The notes below the pieces were generated by a model. It did not search any database and was not told the DNA's origin. It was given only the letters and a program-made list of their open reading frames with translations. The position numbers and the translations under genes were made by a program. DNA of 20,614 nt from a bacterium (GTDB lineage: Bacteria; Muiribacteriota; UBA6191), in NCBI GenBank assembly GCA_036339875.1, contig JAYZAC010000157.1, positions 1 through 20,614 of the forward strand, written 5' to 3'. Every line of letters starts with the position of its first letter. Positions within the stretch are counted from its first letter, which is position 1. Positions 16,470-20,614 of the stretch are shown piece after piece.

Positions 16470-17645
16470 TTATAGATATTCGTGGGGATCAATAATTTTA
16501 CCGTTCTTACGAATTTCAAAGTGAAGATGGAAACCCGTGGACATTCCAGTGCTTCCAACTTCGGCAACTGTGTCGCCCACCGCCACCTTATCTCCTATCT
16601 TGACGTTCACTTTTGAACAATGTGCGTATCGAGTTTCATACCCCGAATTGTGTCGCAAAATAACCAGATTTCCGTAACCACCTGACTTACCTGCGAAAAC
16701 AACTTTACCATCATCTGCCGCAGAAATATCTGTCCCTTTCGGAGCTGCTATATCTATTCCCTTATGGAAATTTCTTTTCCGAGTTATTGGGTGTATCCGC
16801 CAGCCATATCGATCTGTCAAGCGCCCATCCAAAGGCCATAGAAAACGAGATTTACGCTTTCTAGCCTTTATAAATCTTTGTAGACCGGCCTCAGACAAAT
16901 CTTCGACTTCTATCTTAAGACTTTGTCCCTTCATCAAACTATTCCCAACTAATTTATTTAGTTTTCTAATTTTATCTACCGAAACTCCGTAAAGTCTGGA
17001 TATGGACCATAATGTCTCTTGAATTTTAACTTCGTGATTGAAGATTTTATCGAAAGCTATTTGAAGTTGATATCCCGGGTATATATGATCTGGATTCATT
17101 ATTCCGTTATAAAGAACAAGCTGGGAAACCGTCATATCATACATTTTAGCAACTTTAGACAGCGTCTCTCCGCGCTTAACCGTATGTGTTATGTAACCTT
17201 CAGCTGCGGTATGTAATCCAGATCTATTAAAATCTTTCACCGTCACTGGTTCTTCTGAAACCTCTTGACTTAACTTTTCAGTCAAACCATCCAAATCCAG
17301 CTCAAATTTACCTTCAATATTATCTACAGATGGCTCCTCGATTTCCTCCTCGAGATAATTTTGGATCTGCTTAAATTCATCCAGCTCATGATTTAGTATT
17401 TGATTTTTTGTCGCATGACTTCGGGTTTTAGTATCAAGTACTGACGCAACCATTGAGACAGGTATCAATCCTTGTACTCTACTCTTATTAACTGGACTTA
17501 AAAACGTAAAGTCTTCACTAGCGCTTAATAGGGCTTTAGGTCGATCCACGAAAAACCCATCGCGAGAAATCGCAATCCCCTGAAGGACTGCGACGCAAAG
17601 AAGAACTAAAATCCAAAGTGTGTATTTACTACTCATAGGCTGCAT
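16470..17645 (-). CDS. LysM-domain M23 family peptidoglycan endopeptidase
   Basis: N-terminal hydrophobic anchor, acidic linker and two LysM domains (HTVKRGETLSKVAKMY, HEVKIQETLWSISRLYG). M23 domain has intact HKGID and HLH zinc motifs. Start likely ATG 17645 (or 17636). Confidence 0.9.
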   Translation of the reverse strand: MQPMSSKYTLWILVLLCVAVLQGIAISRDGFFVDRPKALLSASEDFTFLSPVNKSRVQGLIPVSMVASVLDTKTRSHATKNQILNHELDEFKQIQNYLEEEIEEPSVDNIEGKFELDLDGLTEKLSQEVSEEPVTVKDFNRSGLHTAAEGYITHTVKRGETLSKVAKMYDMTVSQLVLYNGIMNPDHIYPGYQLQIAFDKIFNHEVKIQETLWSISRLYGVSVDKIRKLNKLVGNSLMKGQSLKIEVEDLSEAGLQRFIKARKRKSRFLWPLDGRLTDRYGWRIHPITRKRNFHKGIDIAAPKGTDISAADDGKVVFAGKSGGYGNLVILRHNSGYETRYAHCSKVNVKIGDKVAVGDTVAEVGSTGMSTGFHLHFEIRKNGKIIDPHEYL

Positions 17646-17679
17646 TTTTCCGCCGTTTTCATATCCAATACCCTTGCAT

Positions 17680-17706
17680 TTATCGGGGCACCTTAAAGCG
17701 GAATTA
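17680..17706 (-). promoter_or_regulatory. Sigma-28-like promoter upstream of LysM/M23 gene
   Basis: Minus strand TAAT (17706-17703), 15 nt spacer, CCCGATAA (17687-17680). Confidence 0.5.
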
Positions 17707-17818
17707 ACAAAAAATAGCAAAATAGTACAATTTTTGTCTAATAAGAATTTTGTTAATCAAAAATAATCTCAAAAAAAAATCGATTTTAAATTCATTTTAT
17801 AATGATTTTAGGTTCAAT

Positions 17819-17847
17819 TTGACCTCTATCATTGATCCAATTATTAT
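17819..17847 (+). promoter_or_regulatory. Sigma-70 promoter of fur, probably giving a leaderless transcript
   Basis: TTGACC (17819-17824), 17 nt spacer, TATTAT (17842-17847), then 6 nt before the ATG at 17854. No SD. Confidence 0.55.
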
Positions 17848-17853
17848 GTTTCA

Positions 17854-18327
17854 ATGGACCAACGAAAAAGAGAACTCGAGCAAGCTACAAACAAATTTGT
17901 TGAATACTTAAAAAGTAAAAGTCTCAAGCTAACTCAGCAAAGATTAGATATTCTCGAAGTTTTCCTTCGCGCCAAAACCCATGTAAGTGCAGAAGAATTG
18001 TTTAAATCCTTGCACAACTCTCATCCTGGCATAGGCTACAGTACAGTCTATCGAACGCTTAAGTTATTAAAAGATGCCGATATTGCTAAAGAGAATTATT
18101 TCAGAGACGGGTTTATACGTTATGAAAGCTCATTCAATCGGGATCATCATGACCACATAATTTGCGTAAAATGTGATGAAATTTTTGAGTTTGAAAATGA
18201 TGAAATCGAGAGACTTCAGGAACAAGTCGCTGCGAGTATTGGTTTCAATATCGTAGACCATCAGTTAGAGATTTATGGTGTGTGTCAAAAATTTCCAGAT
18301 TGCCCAAATCTCAAGGAGAAAAAGTGA
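17854..18327 (+). CDS. fur: Fur family transcriptional regulator
   Basis: LKLTQQR, HVSAEEL, IGYSTVYRTLKLL, HHDHIICVKC, HQLEIYGVC. Confidence 0.92.
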   Translation: MDQRKRELEQATNKFVEYLKSKSLKLTQQRLDILEVFLRAKTHVSAEELFKSLHNSHPGIGYSTVYRTLKLLKDADIAKENYFRDGFIRYESSFNRDHHDHIICVKCDEIFEFENDEIERLQEQVAASIGFNIVDHQLEIYGVCQKFPDCPNLKEKK

Positions 18328-19157
18328 CTTTTATAGAACAAATTAACGGAGCACGCCGAAAATTGAAGTCCACCATTCTTGATAACGAACCCACTCCAAA
18401 AATTGGCCTCATCTGCGGAACTGGACTTGGACCAATCGCAGAACAAATTGATAACGCTAAAAGCATTAGCTATTCAGAAATTCCGAATTTTCCAATCTCC
18501 AGCGTAAAAGGTCATGAAGGCCTTGTCGTAAGTGGTCAAATTCATTCAAAACCTGTTATCGCCTTCAAGGGTCGCTTTCATTTTTATGAAGGTTATTCTA
18601 TGCAGGAGGTAACCCTTCCCGTAAGACTAATGCGTAGCCTCGGGGTCAATCATCTTATTGTCACTAATGCAGCAGGAGGCCTCAATCGTAACTTCCGCGT
18701 TGGAGACTTAATGGCTATTGATGACCACATAAATTTCATGTTTCAGAATCCTTTAATAGGCCCTAATCAAGATAGTTTAGGAGTACGCTTTCCCGACATG
18801 AGTGCCCCCTACAATCGAAATTGTATCTCGTTGGCTATGAATCTTGCCCTGAAGGAAGGTATTAAATTGCAACGTGGAACGTATTTAGGTGTTACAGGTC
18901 CGAGTTATGAAACGAAATCTGAATTAAGGTTTTTTAGTAAATTCGCTGACGCGGTCGGAATGTCCACTGTTCCGGAAGTAATCGCCGCAAAGCACGGAGG
19001 TATCGAACACGTTCTAGGTATATCTGTAATCACTAACATGGCAACAGGTGAAGATAGTCACGAAGAGAGTCATGATAGTGTTGTAAAAGCCGCGAATGAA
19101 GCTACGCCTCGAGTAGTAAATTTAGTGAAACAGTTCATCTCAGCTTTAACGGTTTAA
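18324..19157 (+). CDS. punA: Purine nucleoside phosphorylase (trimeric PunA/XapA type)
   Basis: ICGTGLG, YSEIPNFP, GRFHFYEG, TNAAGGLN, GPSYET, AVGMSTVPE. GTG start overlaps the fur stop (GTGA), with SD AAGGAG. Confidence 0.93.
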   Translation: MTFIEQINGARRKLKSTILDNEPTPKIGLICGTGLGPIAEQIDNAKSISYSEIPNFPISSVKGHEGLVVSGQIHSKPVIAFKGRFHFYEGYSMQEVTLPVRLMRSLGVNHLIVTNAAGGLNRNFRVGDLMAIDDHINFMFQNPLIGPNQDSLGVRFPDMSAPYNRNCISLAMNLALKEGIKLQRGTYLGVTGPSYETKSELRFFSKFADAVGMSTVPEVIAAKHGGIEHVLGISVITNMATGEDSHEESHDSVVKAANEATPRVVNLVKQFISALTV

Positions 19158-19166
19158 ATTAGTAAA

Positions 19167-20249
19167 ATGCAACGACAAATTGAAGATTTATTAGAACATT
19201 TCGATAGCCTTCAAAGAAAAATCGTAGATCCTGAATTAGTCATGGACCAATCCCGCTATAAGGAGGTTGCTAAAGAATTCAAAAGAGTTGAGCCTATTGT
19301 TGAAATCTACCGTGAATTAGAATCTTGCCAAGTAGGCCTGAAGGACACTCAAGAAATATTGGACGACGATGAAACTGATGAAGAAATGTTGGAAATGGCT
19401 GAATTAGAGGCTCAGGAATTACAGCATAAAATTGAACATCTAGAGCAGAAACTGGAGATAATGCTACTACCAAAGGATCCTTTGGATGAAAGAAATATTA
19501 TCGTCGAATTGAGAGCCGGAGCGGGAGGCGATGAGGCCGGTCTTTTTGTAGCAGACCTTTATCGAATGTACGCGCGCTATGCAGAAAAATGCGGCTGGAA
19601 ACATGAAATTCTAACGTCCAGCGAAACAGGAGTAGGAGGCTTCAAAGAGCTTTCGTTCAGTATAACGGGTGAATTAGTATATTCAAAAATGAAATTTGAA
19701 AGTGGCGTTCATAGAGTCCAAAGAGTTCCTGCTACAGAAAGCTCCGGAAGAATTCATACCTCTACGATAACCGTAGCCGTTCTACCTGAGGTTGAAGAAA
19801 TGGATTTTGAAATTATTCCAAGCGATGTGCGTGTAGACACATATTGCGCCTCTGGACCGGGTGGGCAATCAGTAAATACAACCTACTCTGCAGTTAGACT
19901 GACTCATGAACCGACGGGCACCGTTGTAACTTGTCAGGATGAAAAGTCACAAATAAAAAATAAAGATAAGGCATTCAAGGTTTTACGGGCTCGTCTTGCC
20001 GAAGAGGAGCGATTACGTCAACAAAAAGAATATGCAGCTCAGCGATCTTCACAAGTGGGAACAGGAGATCGCTCCGAAAAAATTAGAACCTATAATTTTC
20101 CTCAAGGAAGAGTTTCTGACCATCGCATCAATCTTACATTACATCAACTCGGACCCATTCTTGAAGGTAACATGGAAGAAGTTATAGAAGCGCTAATAGC
20201 TGCTGACCATCGAGCTAAATTGGAATCACTCCAACAATCTCCTGACTAG
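19167..20249 (+). CDS. prfA: Peptide chain release factor 1
   Basis: ELRAGAGGDEA, ESGVHRVQRVPATES (PxT anticodon loop), GPGGQSVN, RSEKIRTYNFPQGR. Confidence 0.97.
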   Translation: MQRQIEDLLEHFDSLQRKIVDPELVMDQSRYKEVAKEFKRVEPIVEIYRELESCQVGLKDTQEILDDDETDEEMLEMAELEAQELQHKIEHLEQKLEIMLLPKDPLDERNIIVELRAGAGGDEAGLFVADLYRMYARYAEKCGWKHEILTSSETGVGGFKELSFSITGELVYSKMKFESGVHRVQRVPATESSGRIHTSTITVAVLPEVEEMDFEIIPSDVRVDTYCASGPGGQSVNTTYSAVRLTHEPTGTVVTCQDEKSQIKNKDKAFKVLRARLAEEERLRQQKEYAAQRSSQVGTGDRSEKIRTYNFPQGRVSDHRINLTLHQLGPILEGNMEEVIEALIAADHRAKLESLQQSPD

Positions 20250-20252
20250 ACC

Positions 20253-20614
20253 ATGAAACTATCTGACGCTTTGCGATGGATTCAAGGCAGACTTGTAAAG
20301 CGTTATGCCGATCAATCATCTCGAGAGGCCTACGCCATTTTATTATGTCTTAAGCGCTTCACAACTATGTCACAAATTATAATGGAACTTGACCATGTTA
20401 GACTTAATTCCGATGAAGTGAAGCTATTACAAAATTGGGTGCAGAGGCGCGCAGAAGGTGAGCCTTTAGCTTACATAAGGGGTTATGAGTACTATTATGG
20501 TCGCAAATTTCGAGTTAATAAAAATGTACTTATCCCCAGACCCGAAACAGAGTTAATTACTCAAAGGTGTATTCAACTTTACAAAAAAGAAATATCTCAT
20601 AATAGATTACGCGG
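20253..20614 (+). CDS. prmC: Release factor glutamine methyltransferase PrmC/HemK, N-terminal part; runs off the window edge
   Basis: Manual translation from ATG 20253: MKLSDALRWIQ...QRRAEGEPLAYIRGYEYYYGRKFRVNKNVLIPRPETELI. Follows prfA. Confidence 0.9.
   Translation, partial: MKLSDALRWIQGRLVKRYADQSSREAYAILLCLKRFTTMSQIIMELDHVRLNSDEVKLLQNWVQRRAEGEPLAYIRGYEYYYGRKFRVNKNVLIPRPETELITQRCIQLYKKEISHNRLR

Noticed and set aside
17788..17816. Possible Fur box (TATAATGATTTT, imperfect TCATT/AATGA inverted repeat) upstream of fur
   Set aside because: Only a half-site match in very AT-rich DNA; cannot be distinguished from background.

Overview
AT-rich chromosomal window from a flagellated diderm (LPS-making) bacterium. 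I see no mobile elements, RNA genes or CRISPR arrays. From left to right: the partial 5' end of leucyl aminopeptidase (pepA, -) and a divergent small ferredoxin (+). A long minus-strand block then reads, in transcription order, LysM/M23 peptidase - skp/ompH - lpxD - fused lpxC-fabZ - lpxA - comF - short yvyF-like - flgM - flgN - flgK - flgL - yviE-like. A plus-strand fur - purine nucleoside phosphorylase - prfA - prmC (partial) cluster closes the window. The standout is the hook-filament junction locus. FlgL is 2057 aa, with about 1735 aa inserted between normal termini. The insert is built from 11-13 diverged copies of one flagellin-IN-like domain that appear nested inside one another. FlgK (798 aa) carries a copy of the same domain (shared GVDVGRP motif) and a FliD-head-like module. 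The flgN-flgK gap holds a candidate CsrA-type two-state RNA switch whose GGA-loop hairpins overlap an intrinsic terminator. Sigma-28-like promoters lie upstream of flgM and of the LysM/M23 gene. All calls come from reading the sequence by eye; no database searches were run.
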